A stretch of DNA of 64,000 bases, from the NCBI GenBank assembly GCA_023920165.1, contig CP089274.1, positions 3,658,001-3,722,000 on the forward strand, in the 5' to 3' direction. Positions 25,357-37,919 of the stretch are shown one piece after another. The stretch's first letter is position 1. Each line of letters opens with the position of its first letter. The notes under the pieces are model-generated. The model was given only the letters and a program-made list of their open reading frames with translations. It had not been told where the DNA came from and made no database searches. The DNA is from Curvularia clavata (taxonomy: Eukaryota). Made by a program: the position numbers and the translations under genes.

Positions 25357-25743
25357 ATGACACGCGCCCAGCAGACCATCAGCATTGCGATGCTCCTCAC
25401 TTCCGTATGGCAGCCCCTTGCCTCCTGTGGCATACGGACATTACTCTGACATGGAATAGATATACCTTGCTTTGTTGTTGCAAGTCGTTCCTCTGCCCCA
25501 GAAGATTCAGGAAGAAATTATCCCTTACGTAAGTTTACCATTTCACCTGCCAATGCCTGACTAACAATTCAACAGATTCCCTTCTGGGCTCTTGTCTCCT
25601 TCGGCGCCTACCTCCTCTTCAGCCTCGGCTGGGGCGTCTTCACCTTCAATGACGTACCGGAAGCCCACGCCGAACTCATGCAGCAAATAGCAGAGGCACG
25701 CAAGGACCTCAGCGCCAAGGGCGTGGACGTTGGCCAGGATTAG
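25357..25743 (+). CDS. DPM3: Dolichol-phosphate mannosyltransferase subunit 3, 94 aa; exons 25357-25404, 25460-25528, 25576-25743
   Basis: Spliced protein MTRAQQTISIAMLLTSIYLALLLQVVPLPQKIQEEIIPYIPFWALVSFGAYLLFSLGWGVFTFNDVPEAHAELMQQIAEARKDLSAKGVDVGQD. Canonical introns. Not in the ORF track. Confidence 0.95.
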
Positions 25744-25900
25744 GCGTGGTGGATGAGATGGGCACTGCATAATTGGGCGTTGGTAGGCATCTATAGCAGG
25801 AGGCAGAAACATTGTATTGGATGGGTATTTAAACGTTCTCGAAAAGATATACGGCTACACAGGGCAAGGCAGTTTCTCAGGTCTCGCCAAATAGTAATGC

Positions 25901-26721
25901 TTACGCAGTAGTGGTAGCCTCCGCCTTTGCCTTCTTGTGCGCCTGTTTCAACTTCTTTTCTGTTCTCATAAACTCCCGAATGCCCACGGGTATATCTGCA
26001 AACAGCTTGTCCTTGTCTGTGTCGTCCAAGCCGCCGTCCCAGTTGGTTTCACTACCACCACCATCGTCATCCATACTTGTAGCGACATGGCTCGGCGTCG
26101 TGTCTCCTGTCACCATGCTCCCAGTACCCTTTCCTGCTTGCCGCTGGGCCTGCATTGCTGCTCTTGCCTGAGCCTGCTTCTCTGCCCACTCTTCCATCTC
26201 ATCTCGATACATGTCCCACACGCAGTTCACACAACCAGACATGCAGCAGTTATCTGGTTCTTCGGGGCGAGGAGGAACAAGGACTCCAGCAATATTTTGT
26301 GAAGATCTCAAGATTTCTTGTTTTCGTTCTTCGAGAGCGGTGGTGGATCCGAAGATGATGCGCGCTTTTGCGAACGTTTCCTCCTTCGGAGTTCGAGGTT
26401 GCTCTTTGGGAGGCTCGGGGCTCGTATGGGATAGAGATTGAACTTGGGAGAGGGGCTTTTTCAGCATGTCTGGGGGCTGTTAGCACAAGTCTGGCAAGCA
26501 ACGCAACAGCCAGTCTGACCCTCATAGAAGCCCGTGATGGGCCTGGCTTGCTCGCCTTCCGGTGCTATGTAGCCCTTGAATCTTCGCTGTATCCGATTGC
26601 TATTCTGCAGCCCCATTCGTCCAGTCTCCGTGAGAGCACACGACCTGCGCCATGATTTCAGATGAGAAGCGCAAAGTCTTCGTCTCACGGCCTGTGACGC
26701 TGAATGCGCGATGTGTTCCAT
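25901..26721 (-). CDS. Oxidoreductase-like domain protein (OXLD1/YPL107W-type), probably mitochondrial; intron 26470-26519
   Basis: Motif IAGVLVPPRPEEPDNCCMSGCVNCVWDMYRDEMEEW, C-terminal IPVGIREFMRTEKKLK, Arg-rich N-terminus. Confidence 0.88.
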
Positions 26722-26912
26722 TGTACCAAGGGAACAGTAAGAACTCTCTGCTTCTCAGTGATCAAGAATTTCTGGCTTTACATGCCGCAATAGCCAGTTT
26801 GTGGGTTGTGGAGTCTGACTGATACTGACTGTATCAACACAGTGCGACGTCATTCTGCGCTGCATTTCCGAAACTCGGCAAAAGTTGCAACGAACGCCGA
26901 CAGGGTCACAAC

Positions 26913-26926
26913 ACGCGCCGACGCGT
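26913..26926. promoter_or_regulatory. MCB-type element(s) (ACGCG..ACGCGT) in the divergent promoter
   Basis: acgcgccgACGCGT about 140 nt upstream of the CENP-P-like ATG. Confidence 0.4.
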
Positions 26927-27060
26927 CGCATTCACGCCTCTCTCGCATAGTCCCGCCGAGCACGTATATCCGAACAATTGTATATTCCTAGCGCGACGAT
27001 TCTTAATACTCTCCGAAGCTACATTTCTGACCGTCTAACCGGGTCTGCACGTCACATGCC

Positions 27061-28668
27061 ATGAGTGAGCCGTCACCCAAGCGGAGGAGAACCCAATCAC
27101 CAGATGGCCGCGCATCGAGCCTTATAAGACAACTTCCCCGCCGACCTTCGTTCGCATCGCCTATAAAAACCAGCCTTGCGCGCAACTATCCAAATCTTCT
27201 ACCTTCAGCATCAACCCCCCGTCTTAGTGAATCTCCCAGACGTCCCTTGCGCAGAGTCGAGTCAGCTAGGAGGGGAGAGACGAGTGAAGACTCAAGCTTA
27301 CCGGCTACACCATCACGACAAGCCTTTAATAAGCCAAACCAGCCGCCTCGTGGCTTTCTGTTTTCGTCGCCGAGTAGACGACCTGTGCGGGCCAAGAGTG
27401 CCTCAAAACAGTCACCATTGAAACCGAAGGCGCCTGCAGTACAATCGGACGATGTTACCAGGACTGTGGAGGATGGGCCCGTAGAAGACGATACGCGGGG
27501 GCCTATAGAGCGACAAGCTCCCGATCCGGAATTAGAGCGGAGGAAGCAGGAGAAGGCACGGTTACAACGTGAAGTGGAGGAGCTAGAGTCTCAAATATCA
27601 AGATGTGCCGACGAGATTGACAAAGAGCAACAGCGAGGACCAAATGAGGCTTTGCAACCTCAGGATCGTGACAGTTTGAGGTGAGTCGAAGAGCAACGAG
27701 TTTGCATACACGACTAACTTTAAATCAGGAACTTCATTGCTGAAATCAGCGGAATTGACACAGAGCCGGAGAAGCCAACAGTATCAAGCTTGCTTTGTTC
27801 ATTCCTGCCATTTGCTGCCATGCCCATCCTGCCACCGCGCTCGAAACAACCGGATAGGGCGGTCCCTTCACATCGACCAGTAGAAGTTGAAGATCCTCTA
27901 CCCTATCTGGAGATGTTTACATCGTTCAAGTTCTCGAGTCGAATTAGTCTGTCCCGTAGTAAAACGACATCAGCTTCCAGACCGGTCCACCAAAAGCACG
28001 TAATTGACATCACTGGACCACAGAAACTGCTCACAGCTCAGCTCTCTCTAAATCTCGATACCGAGGCGACAGCAGTTTCAGACCTGAAGCTTCTCCGTAT
28101 CACCCCCTGGGCCGAGCCAGAACTCGGCTCCTTCATCCGAGCCAGAGCAAAAGAAAAGGATCTCAGCAACGCAGCCTGGGCCATTGACTCTTACTGGAAC
28201 ATTGCCCAGAAGCGCGCACAATACTGGCACAATTGCGAAACAGCGTTTTCTCATCTACTCTCGGACGGTACAGGAAACGACGTCGAGAACAAGCCGCAGC
28301 CGCCAACCAAGCCCACCAAAACCATATCTCGCAAGGACTTGAATCGCCATCTAGGCCGCGACACGCTAGTCTTGCAAGACAAACACGTCTTACTCAAGTT
28401 GAACTGGCGAATCAGCTTCGATTGGACTGGCGAGGCAGAGTCGGAAGTTACCGTCGAGTCTGCCTTTCCTCGAGTTTGTAAGTTGACACCATCTGTGCCT
28501 CTTCCCGAGAAAGGGTGCTTTGCAGAACTAACTTTAGAGACAGGGTCGGAAACGGATACGGCGGCGAGCTTGAAAAAGATACCAGAGACGTTTGCATCGT
28601 TGCTGCGCACTAAGGGGGCATTTGAAGCGACACGGATTATGGTGGCGCTGTTGTTTGTAGCGGTATGA
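27061..28668 (+). CDS. Probable inner-kinetochore protein CENP-P/Ctf19; introns 27681-27728 and 28478-28543
   Basis: Disordered SP-rich N-terminus, coiled coil (ELERRKQEKARLQREVEELE), then LLKLNWRISFDWTGEAESEVTVESAFPRVW..LKKIPETFASLLRTKGAFEATRIMVALLF, which resembles the C-terminal RWD domain of CENP-P. Confidence 0.7.
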
Positions 28669-28834
28669 TTGTAGTGTCAGGATAACGAGATACCCATTTT
28701 TTGCTATGATGATGACTTTTTTTAAATGAAAATCTATTATCATCTACAAGGTCTCCTTGGATTCCAAGTCGTGTTCTCCAGTGGAATGGAACCACAAATC
28801 GTACAACCCACATCTATCTCACCTACCATCATTC

Positions 28835-29705
28835 TTAGCTGCTGCCCTCCGCCACATTCTCCTTGACAACAGCATCCTTCTTAGCCGGTCTCTCACCAAA
28901 AATCTCGCTCCCGACCCTAACCTCATCGCTCCCCGCACGAATCGCGCCCTCAAAATCCGCACTCATGCCCATACTCAACTCCAGCCTCTGCTTCTCCCAG
29001 CCCAGATCCTCCGCCACCTTGTCTCTCGTCTGCCTCAGTGTCTCAAAATCCTCATTCTTATTTTCCTCAGTCATAGCCTTACTCCTCGCAATAGCTCCAA
29101 TCGTCATGAAGCCCGCAAGCTGCAGATGCGGACATTGCTTTATGATATGCTTACACAGTTCCAATGCATCCTGTGGCTCAACACCGCTCTTACTCTCCTC
29201 GCCCGAGGTATTGACCTGCACCAAGACTCTTAACTTTTCCACGCTGCTGCCATCCTTTTCCACAAGCGCTTTCCGTCCTTTTTCAAGCTCATTCGCCTTT
29301 TTCGCGCTGTCGACGCTACTGACGCAGAAGAGATTGGGGATTTGCTCCGCAAGCTGCTTGCATTTGTTGGATTGCAGGCCGCCGATCATGTGCCATTGGA
29401 TGGAGCGGGGCAGGAGTTTGGCCTTTTCGAGGAGTTCTTGCACATAGTTTTCGCCGAAATGGGTTTGGAGCGGGGAGGACGGGGGTTGGTGCAGGGCGAG
29501 GATGTCGTTGGCGGGTTTGAGTTTAGAGACGGCGATTAGGCGGACCTGAGGAGGGTTCTATTAGTTGGGAGAAAGGGTACGTTGGAGGGGTAAGGTGTAC
29601 TGGTTTGCTGCCTTTGCTGGCGGCATTGATGCGCGCAGATATGCTGGCAAAATTTTCGGCGAGCTGCTTGGCGCGTTGCGGGTTGATGTGCATGTCTTCG
29701 GCCAT
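28835..29705 (-). CDS. Pyridoxal phosphate homeostasis protein (YggS/PROSC/PLPBP family); intron 29546-29600
   Basis: VRLIAVSKLKP, HFGENYVQEL, WHMIGGLQSNK, VQVNTSGEESKSG, LSMGMSADFEGAI..VRVGSEIFG. Confidence 0.95.
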
Positions 29706-29898
29706 TGTTGGTGCAGGATTGATGTTGTTCGCGTGAGAGACTAGGGACTTGCATGAGGGAAGACGTCAGTTCGGCGTTAGGGTGCTACTATCTCCGGTTG
29801 TAATGTATGATACTCGCGGTAATCTGCCCGCCACATTTCATGAACAACCAAAGTCAAAGGTACGATTCATTATCATCCTAATGTCTCACTCAAGACTT

Positions 29899-31033
29899 TC
29901 ATGCCTGCCATGCTGCGCTGACTCGCTGAAGCCATTTCTCGCTGGCGCCAAATGCCGGATCCATCAAGAAATTGTGTTCAGTGCCCTTAACTTTCTCACT
30001 CAGGTACAGGTACCCTTGACTGGGCACCCAGATACTATCAAACCAATCCCTCCCCTTGTCACCCACCAGTTGGTCATGCTCTGCGTGGAAACAATCAATC
30101 GCCCACGTTCTATCTCCTTGGTTACCTTCGCTAAGGTGTCTCGACAAAAGCAGCACCGCATCGTCAAAGTCATTCCACTCAACATTAGGTGCATTCCATG
30201 GGCCAGAGCGCCTCAGAAACAGCTGAGCATCTTGGGATGCGCCTTCCACGGACTCTGCATACATGAACTTCATGATGTGTTCTCGCAGTTCCTCGACGAC
30301 CTTGGGATCGTCCAGGCTGATGTCCGGAGAGGTCGAGTTGCTGTGGCTCGACAGTTCTGCAGCCTCCGTACGCAGAAACGGACCAGACACGCCATGAATG
30401 AATGAGCCACTCAATCCAACTAGTGGGACGACATTATTGTTGACGAACTTGCCGACTGATCCAAATTTCCCTATCATGAAAGCAGGAAGCAATTCAGTAG
30501 CCAACATGGATGTCACCTTTGAGTGTGAGTAGTGGACCCATGGAGCAAAAAAACAGACATAGGGCTTCTCAGGGTGTAAAAGATGCGGGTAGGTGAGGAC
30601 CAAGTTCATGAGATATATGTCGCCTCCGCTGTGGCTGGCAACTGACACGTGAGAGATGTTGAGGTGTGCCAGGAGCTTGGGTACCATTTCTATAATTGTG
30701 AGCTGGGCGCATGAAACTGGAGCCTCGTTTTCACCAACCGAGCCATGTCTGTATGCGTTTCTCAGGCTCTATGGCATCACTGCCGCCAACGCCAGGTCTG
30801 TCTGGATGAATGATTCGGACATGGTGTTTTCTGGCTAACTGGTCTATAGGGGAGTAGCATAGGCGCGAGCCAAAAAGAGCCCCACAGAAAAGGACAACCG
30901 CGTTGCTATTAACGTCTCCGAAGTCTGCATAAGTCGTGCGGTAGGGCTTGTGTCGGCCAGCCTCTGTATGTGCGGGGAGTACAAAGCTCTTGTGAAACTT
31001 AGAGTCGCAGATGAATTCGAGGACTCCCATCAT
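29899..31033 (-). CDS. Alpha/beta-hydrolase fold protein; intron 30690-30738
   Basis: TYADFG, RIIHPDRPGVGGS, nucleophile elbow VASHSGG, FHAEHDQLVG and GTEHN. Confidence 0.85.
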
Positions 31034-31749
31034 AGCGCGGAATGGCAGTTTTCTACTTTGCAGGACAAACAATTATATGGGGTGAATACTTGAGATTCTC
31101 CTAACCCTCGGCCGAGAGGACAGCTGCCAAGCAACAAGGCAGCCATATTTGGTATGTTGTAGGAGTCAGCAACACGTGATAGACGTGCGGTCTCGCATAG
31201 AACACTGGGCTTATATCAGTAGGCTTTGGCCGTCTACGAAGATGTACGAATATTTTGAACGAAAATGCAGTGGCACAGCATGAACCCAGCAACAAGGAAC
31301 GCTAAAGGCAATGTTGCGCGGAGAAAGACAAGAGGTACACCGGGACGAGGAATAACGGCCGGCTCGTCGCCCCACAGGAAGCTAGGCGCACCCCCGCAAA
31401 ACCACCATTGTGCTACCCACTTCATGTGACACGCGGTACTTGTTTAATCTGAGCATGCACATAGAACGGACTCAAAAATCTACTCAGAGAGCAGAAGCGC
31501 GCGACTAAGCCATGTGAGGACTGTAGGATTGTCGAGGTAATCTTCGACATATTACTTTATATGGCCAAGGCTCCACGCAATCCCTGATTTAACCACGGCT
31601 CCAGGGTATGGTATTACAGGGCCGGAACCTAGTAATCAACATGCATATGGCTCCGAATGAAGGCATGCATGCTCTGATGTGAGTATTAAATCATGCCAGT
31701 GCCGTAGTTTGTGCGGGCACTTTGCAGTGCCGCTGTCATGCTCCCCACG

Positions 31750-33038
31750 ATGAAGTACCTTTTGTTCGCAGTAGTTGCAGTGCAGAGCACACTGTCAAAC
31801 GCTGCGGCTCCCCGTCCAGATGCTCAGGGCCGGTACACGATTGAGGCCGAAGGGATCAAGGCGCAATTTATCCCCTACGGTGCTACTCTTACTAACCTCT
31901 TTGTCAAGGGTGAGTTCCATTTGATATGCGTTCATACTTGTGCTAATGAAACCACAGACGCAAAGGGCAAGGAACTGGACATTGTCCTGGGCTACGACAA
32001 CACGTCCTACTACCGTAAGCTTTCTGCCATACCGGATGAAGTCCTGTCTAACCCCGAACCAGCCGTTGATCCTGGACATCCCGTGTACAATGCCATTCCA
32101 GGACGATATGTAAATCGCATTGGAAAGGCCCAGTACACGATTGACAACGTCACCTACCAGACGGAGAAAAACGATGGACCCAACACGCTGCATAGCGGCA
32201 CGAACAACTGGTCTTACCGATTCTGGAAGGTGAAGCGCGTGACTGGGTCGTCCATTACATTCTCCATTACTGACGCGTCCAACTCGTCGCTGGGCATGAT
32301 TGGCCGCGTCGAGTCGAGCGTCACGTACTCGGTCTCCAAGAACAAATGGCACATTTCCATGGATGCTACGTCACCAGAAGCGAAGACGCCCCTGATGCTA
32401 ACACAGCACACGTACTTTCAACTTGATGCGTTTACGCGACCAGACAACCGGACCATTTGGAACCATACGCTGTACATGCCCGAAGCTAAGCGTGTCGTGG
32501 TGGGTGATGCGAATGCACTCCCTACCGGCGAGATTGCACAGATTACCCCGAACGCGATTGATGATTTCTGGTCGACACCTCGCGAACTGGGGTTTGCAGC
32601 GGGAAGGGCTGGGTTTGAAACACACTGTGGTAACGGGTGCCACGGATACAACGGCGCGTGGGCGTTTAACCAAAACAGGGACAAGAGCAAGAGCGTGCTG
32701 ACGCTGTCGAGCAAGTACAGCGGCATCAAGGCCAAGCTGACGACGGACCAAGACGCGGTAGTCTTGTACACGTGCAACTGGAACGACGGCAAGACCGAGT
32801 TCAAGAGCACTCAGGGAGTGGCAGGGCAGGATAAGCTGATCCCCCGCGACGGGTGCATTGCGATTGAGGCGCAGGACTACCCGGATGGCATCAACCAGTA
32901 AGTGTGCTGTTGTGACGTCGTCGAAGAGTTAAGCTAATAGCGTTGAACAGTCCAGAGTGGGGTCGGCTGGACAAGCAGATTACGGGGCCGGGCGAGAAGT
33001 ACCACTGGGAGTCGTCGTGGGAGTTTGGGACGCTGTAG
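31750..33038 (+). CDS. Secreted aldose 1-epimerase / galactose mutarotase-like protein; introns 31910-31957, 32015-32062, 32898-32950
   Basis: Signal peptide MKYLLFAVVAVQSTLSNA. Motifs FIPYGATLTNL, DIVLGYD, GRYVNRI, NTLHSG, MLTQHTYF, CIAIEAQDYPDGINHPEWGR. Confidence 0.92.
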
Positions 33039-33194
33039 GCTGGGAGTAAGCCTGTCTCTTAGCGGTAGCAGCAGTAAAAGGAGGCTGAGGGCTGGCCAGA
33101 GGCTGTGGGTAGTAAGCACGAGTCGTATGTACTACTATGTATCTGGAGCCCCGCATCGAGGCGGGGGCGGTCGGCTGTCCGCCCCAACTGTGTG

Positions 33195-33214
33195 GTGTGT
33201 GTGTGTGTGTGTGT
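33195..33214. repeat. (GT)10 microsatellite
   Basis: gtgtgtgtgtgtgtgtgtgt visible directly. Confidence 0.85.
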
Positions 33215-34065
33215 TCTGCGTGCCGTCAATGAAGTCGTGCAGGCAGTGAGCGAGGTAGTCGGCCGGTTGCTCTGACGCGTGTGCAAAAGTGAAGCGATGA
33301 TGTGCAGACAGGACCTGGATGGAAGCACGCGTGGTGGTGAGGGTGCTAACGTGGGCGGGCGCGGGCACTTCGGCGCGGCTGGGCAAGCTTGGGTGTCGGT
33401 GCCGGGCCCGACAGCTGCGTGCCCGTCTCGACCATGTCCAGCTCATAGCAGCTCAAAGAGTCCGTCTTACTCTTTCCTACACGTCGATACTCTCTTGCAC
33501 ACTCCGCACGCAGACACGCCGCCAGCGACTCGCTCGAGCAGATGCGAGTGCACGCCCGTGTCTGTGCCTGTCTGTGCAGCCTGATGGATCTCTGCCCATT
33601 TCGGCCCTAACCGCATCATCATCATCTTAACCTTGCACCCAACGTGCCTTGCCGCCAAGAAACGACATCATCTCACGCATCCTTGCTCAACACCACCAGC
33701 CTTCTCCCTCGCCCTCGCCTTTGCCGCCCCTGTAGCCCTCACGATTGCTCCAGTCGGCCGACTGCTCATGCGCTCATCTTGCCAATCGCGACTGCCAATA
33801 CACGTCGACCGCGTATCTTGAGGCCCCAGTACCGAGGACCAAACGCCGTCACGTCCCCCAGCATCCATGTCCTTGTGACACCCACTATCGCCCACCACAA
33901 CACCTCACCACCCTCGACCCGCCAGCCTCTGCGATAGCCACCCCATCCCTGCCCCCACGCCCATCGACACCGCCCTTGGGCATCCACGGGCCGCCTGACC
34001 ACGAGCCCGGCTCCATCCGCTTCTCTGTCGACGGCCCATTTCCCCCCCATCTCTCTTTGTTCGCC

Positions 34066-36670
34066 ATGGGGAACTCACAGGGCAAAGAGTCTCAACCAGA
34101 GAGACGCGGCCATGGCCGCCGGTCCAGCGCACACCAGATTGCCTCTCCAACTACCTCCGGGCCCGGCCACGACAGATCAGGCAACAATCCCTATGGCAAC
34201 TCAAGGAGCCACAGAGGCAGCAGACCAGACTTGTCTATTCTCGGCTTTCGCTCAACAGACCACACCGAGCGGGATCCTGCCCTCGAGCCGCGCCGCGAAA
34301 CAAAGGCCGAGAGAGAGGCCCGGAAGCTGGAGAGGGAGCGAATACTCCGGGCCCAGGAGCGAGAAAGAAGCCTGAAAGAAGAGGGCGTCGATGGAGGCTA
34401 TCTTGTCACGCTCGGCGTCTACACTGGACCCGAAGACTTTAGCAAGCCCATGGTGCGGCAGTTGCAGGTACGATTTCCCAACGCTTTACAAGAAACACAC
34501 AAACTTACACACGAGCTAGATTGAGCGCCGACTTGCTCCCTTCTGGAGAGGTCTCGATGATCACGAGGACACATGGACGGAGCATCAACTCGTCGAAGTC
34601 GTAAACGGTCGTCCACTGCCCGCTGCTGATGCCATTCCTCCTGAAGAGCCCCCTCGTACAAACAACAACCTCAGCCCGGCATGGAACCCCCGCAGCTCGG
34701 AGCCCAACTTAAACAAACTCACCGTTCCCATGGGATCTCGATCCATGTCTCAAGAGCCAGAGCGAGCGGGCGGCTTGTCACCTTCACATCCTACCTTTTC
34801 CCTTCCCTCGTCTGGCTCTCCAATGTCCAACAATTCTCCCTCCTCGCCTTTTTTCCGCGGTCGCGCTAAAACGCTCGCTTCCCTCGCAACCGGTTCGCGC
34901 AATGCTTCGCAGGCAGACATGGCGCCACAGGAAATACAGCTACCCAAGGATCCATATGTCAATGGCCAGCGAATAGAGGCATTTCTGTACAAAAACGCCT
35001 CCGAATGCCCGATTTGCTTCATGTACTATCCACCATACCTGAACAGGACACGATGCTGTGATCAGCCAATTTGCTCCGAATGCTTCGTACAAATCAAGCG
35101 CCCGGATCCGCATCCCCCAGAGCACCATGGAGAGCCTGGTGCTGAAGGCGCACCCCCAGCTGAACCAGAAGAGGAGATTCAACTGGTATCTGAACCAGCC
35201 GCATGCCCGTATTGCACACAAACCGAGTTTGGAGTGACGTATGAGCCGCCTCCTTTCAGAAGGGGACTGGTGTACAATGGTCAGGCCCCAAATCGCCTGG
35301 GTAACGCAACATCGGCAATGTCATCCACGACGTCTCTGAATTCACCAAACTCTGCTGGCACAGGGCGAAGAAGGGCTACATCGCTTGCAGTCACTGACAA
35401 GACGGTAGTTACAACGGACATGGTGCGACCTGATTGGGCCAAGAAGCTTGCAGATGCCAAAGCCCACGCTCTACGAAGGGCCGCTGCAGCCACAGCTCTG
35501 CACAATGCCGCATATATGATGGGCAACCTGCCGCAGGGAGAGAGTCGCTTTGGTATCGGCAGGCGAAGGCGATTATTCACGACCGATAGCGGCGGTAGCA
35601 GTGGAAACGGGACACCACGACGCGAAGGCGAGAGCTCCTCAGGACAGCCAGGAAGCTCGAGTGATCTATTCCCCAATCGGCTGAGCTCTAGGAGAGGTAA
35701 CAGGCTTGAGGACCTGGAAGACCTCATGATGATGGAGGCGATTCGTCTCAGCTTGGCAGCTGAAGAAGAACGTAAGAAGAAGGACGAAAAGGAAGCCGCC
35801 AAAGAAGCCAAAAAGGAGGAGAAGAAAAAGGCAAAGGAGAACAAGAAGGTTGCAAAGGCCCAACGCAACATTGGCAGCGGATTCCACCCCATCGATATCG
35901 AAGGACTTGATGGCATGGAAGCTGGCAGTTCGGCTGCCGCTGGCAAGGGCAAAGGAATCGACCGATCCGGTGGCGCTGAGAGCTCCAACTCCAAGTCAGA
36001 CCTATCATCAACCCTACATACTACCTCGACCAAGGACGACCCTCAGGGCCATCTGGAAGCCAGCCGTGCGCAAATTCAGCGAGAGACATCCGACTCGGCC
36101 AATTCCGCTACACTGGATTCACACAGCAACGAGCAGCAGTCGCACCGCGCCGTGCTACGAAACCTATCCAATGCCTCGTCATCTGCATCTTCATGTTCTG
36201 AGTCCTACCAAGTCTCTTTGCGACAAGAGAACCACAGCAACCCAGCCCCAGGTTCATCGTATTCGCCCAGTCTGAATCCTTCAGGTGAGACTCCACAGGG
36301 TTCAAGCGGCACAGAGCCCATGTTCAACTTCCAGAGTCTCAAGGACACCATTTCTCCAGAAGAGAACAAGAATGAAAACAAGCCGCAATTTATTGAGGAC
36401 GTGGGAGAGAGTGAGGATAAGTCGCAGCCAGACGACGCCAACAAGACGCTTGGAGATTCAACGGGTCATACTCCAGTGGTGTCAGAGCCAGCTACATTCA
36501 AATCAAGCGAAGATCCGTCAACAGCGTCTCATGGTCATGACGGTGCGGACAATGACATCAGCCCGGTGCCGCAGGTCGAGTTGGTGTCTGAAGAACGCTC
36601 TCATCTTGATCAAAAGCACATTGGGGAAGTTAGCATGACGCATCAAGTAAGGCAACATGCTACTCAGTGA
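34066..36670 (+). CDS. SIP5: Sip5 (Snf1/Reg1-interacting, RING-like); intron 34468-34519
   Basis: MGNSQGKE (N-myristoylation-type start), [82 protein letters not shown] and UIM-like [14 protein letters not shown]. Confidence 0.95.
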
Positions 36671-37712
36671 GAAAACTCACCCTCGCTCCACTTCACACAT
36701 ATGCGCATGACCAAAAACATTCATTTTTCCCCCAATTCTTCTCATATCACTTCCCCATCACTTGCATTTCCATCGGTGTTCCATAAGGCGTAAAGTGGAG
36801 TTGAGTGGCGTGGCTGCATCTTCCTGTTTTTCTCTTCTCTAGGCAGGCGACACTACTGCGCCAAATTTCCCAACAAATAGCAAAACAATCGCTATAGGTC
36901 TCTTCTCTTTCCTCTCTCTCTCTTGTCATTTTTTTTTGGTGCGAAGGTATATTCGCAACTCATGTTGTGCTAGGGTGGTGAATACATATCATATGTTTTT
37001 TTTTCATAGGCATGAATGGAAAGAAAAGAAATTGTCACCAGCATGGAAATGCAAGTCCCCGATCAAGACCCAAGCCAGACACTGGACGTCGTGAGAAAGG
37101 ATGAATGGGTGTTTTCTGTTGTGCGGCGAAGGGAGTTGTGTGTTTAGGGAAAGGGAAAGCAAGATGGGAATAGCATATTACAATCATACAAACTAACAAA
37201 TCATGAAATTCGTATTGAGTTGCGTATCAGAAACTCTGGATACTTGCTACTATGATAACGACGACAACAAGGTACACTGGGTGCTTTAGCCAATGCTACT
37301 TCTCTCCTCGACTCCTGCGTATATATACACATATGCTAGCTGGTATTTGCTATTCTTCTTCTCCGCTGTCTGCTGCTCGATCCTAAACCCTTTCCTGCGA
37401 GGGATCCGCACGACTCTGTTGAGTCTATGGGGTATATACTGTGCTCCAACACGGCGTGGCGCACCAATAGCATCGTCAACGCCTCTGCGATATGCATACT
37501 TTGGGCCTCTCCGTCATCAACCCCCTTACTTGTTTGTTCTCGTAGTCGCATAAACATGTCGTAAAAAAGCATAGCGAGTAGATAAAGGTACGTCGGTCGG
37601 CAAGACTATACATGCTATCCCTCTGTACAGTCCAGTTCCGCGTCGTTCGCTGTTGCTCAAACATCCCAGGCCTTTTGTGGTAAAATTTTTCTAGAGGGAC
37701 GAAGTGGCTCAC

Positions 37713-37919
37713 TCAGTACATAAAAGCCTTGATGTCCTGGTAGCTGAGCAGCGCGCTCGACTGGCGCGAAAAGTACAGCGAAACCAGGTCCACGGTCGTG
37801 CGCATGATGGCGTGTGGCTTTCCCGGGTGCAGCAGGTCCAGTAGCGTCAGGGACCAGCAGGCGATTTGGACGATGAGGAGGAAGGCGATGCAGATGCGGA
37901 AGGACGAGTCTTTGCCCAT
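37713..37919 (-). CDS. Putative 68-aa microprotein with one hydrophobic helix, unknown family
   Basis: MGKDSSFRICIAFLLIVQIACWSLTLLDLLHPGKPHAIMRTTVDLVSLYFSRQSSALLSYQDIKAFMY. 58 of 67 post-start codons end in G/C. Good start context CCACCATGG; CT-rich leader. Confidence 0.6.
   Translation of the reverse strand: MGKDSSFRICIAFLLIVQIACWSLTLLDLLHPGKPHAIMRTTVDLVSLYFSRQSSALLSYQDIKAFMY

Noticed and set aside
31910..32062. Two consecutive 48-nt stop-free in-frame introns in the mutarotase
   Set aside because: With introns this short, several stop-free 3n cases per window are expected, and the two are not similar in sequence.
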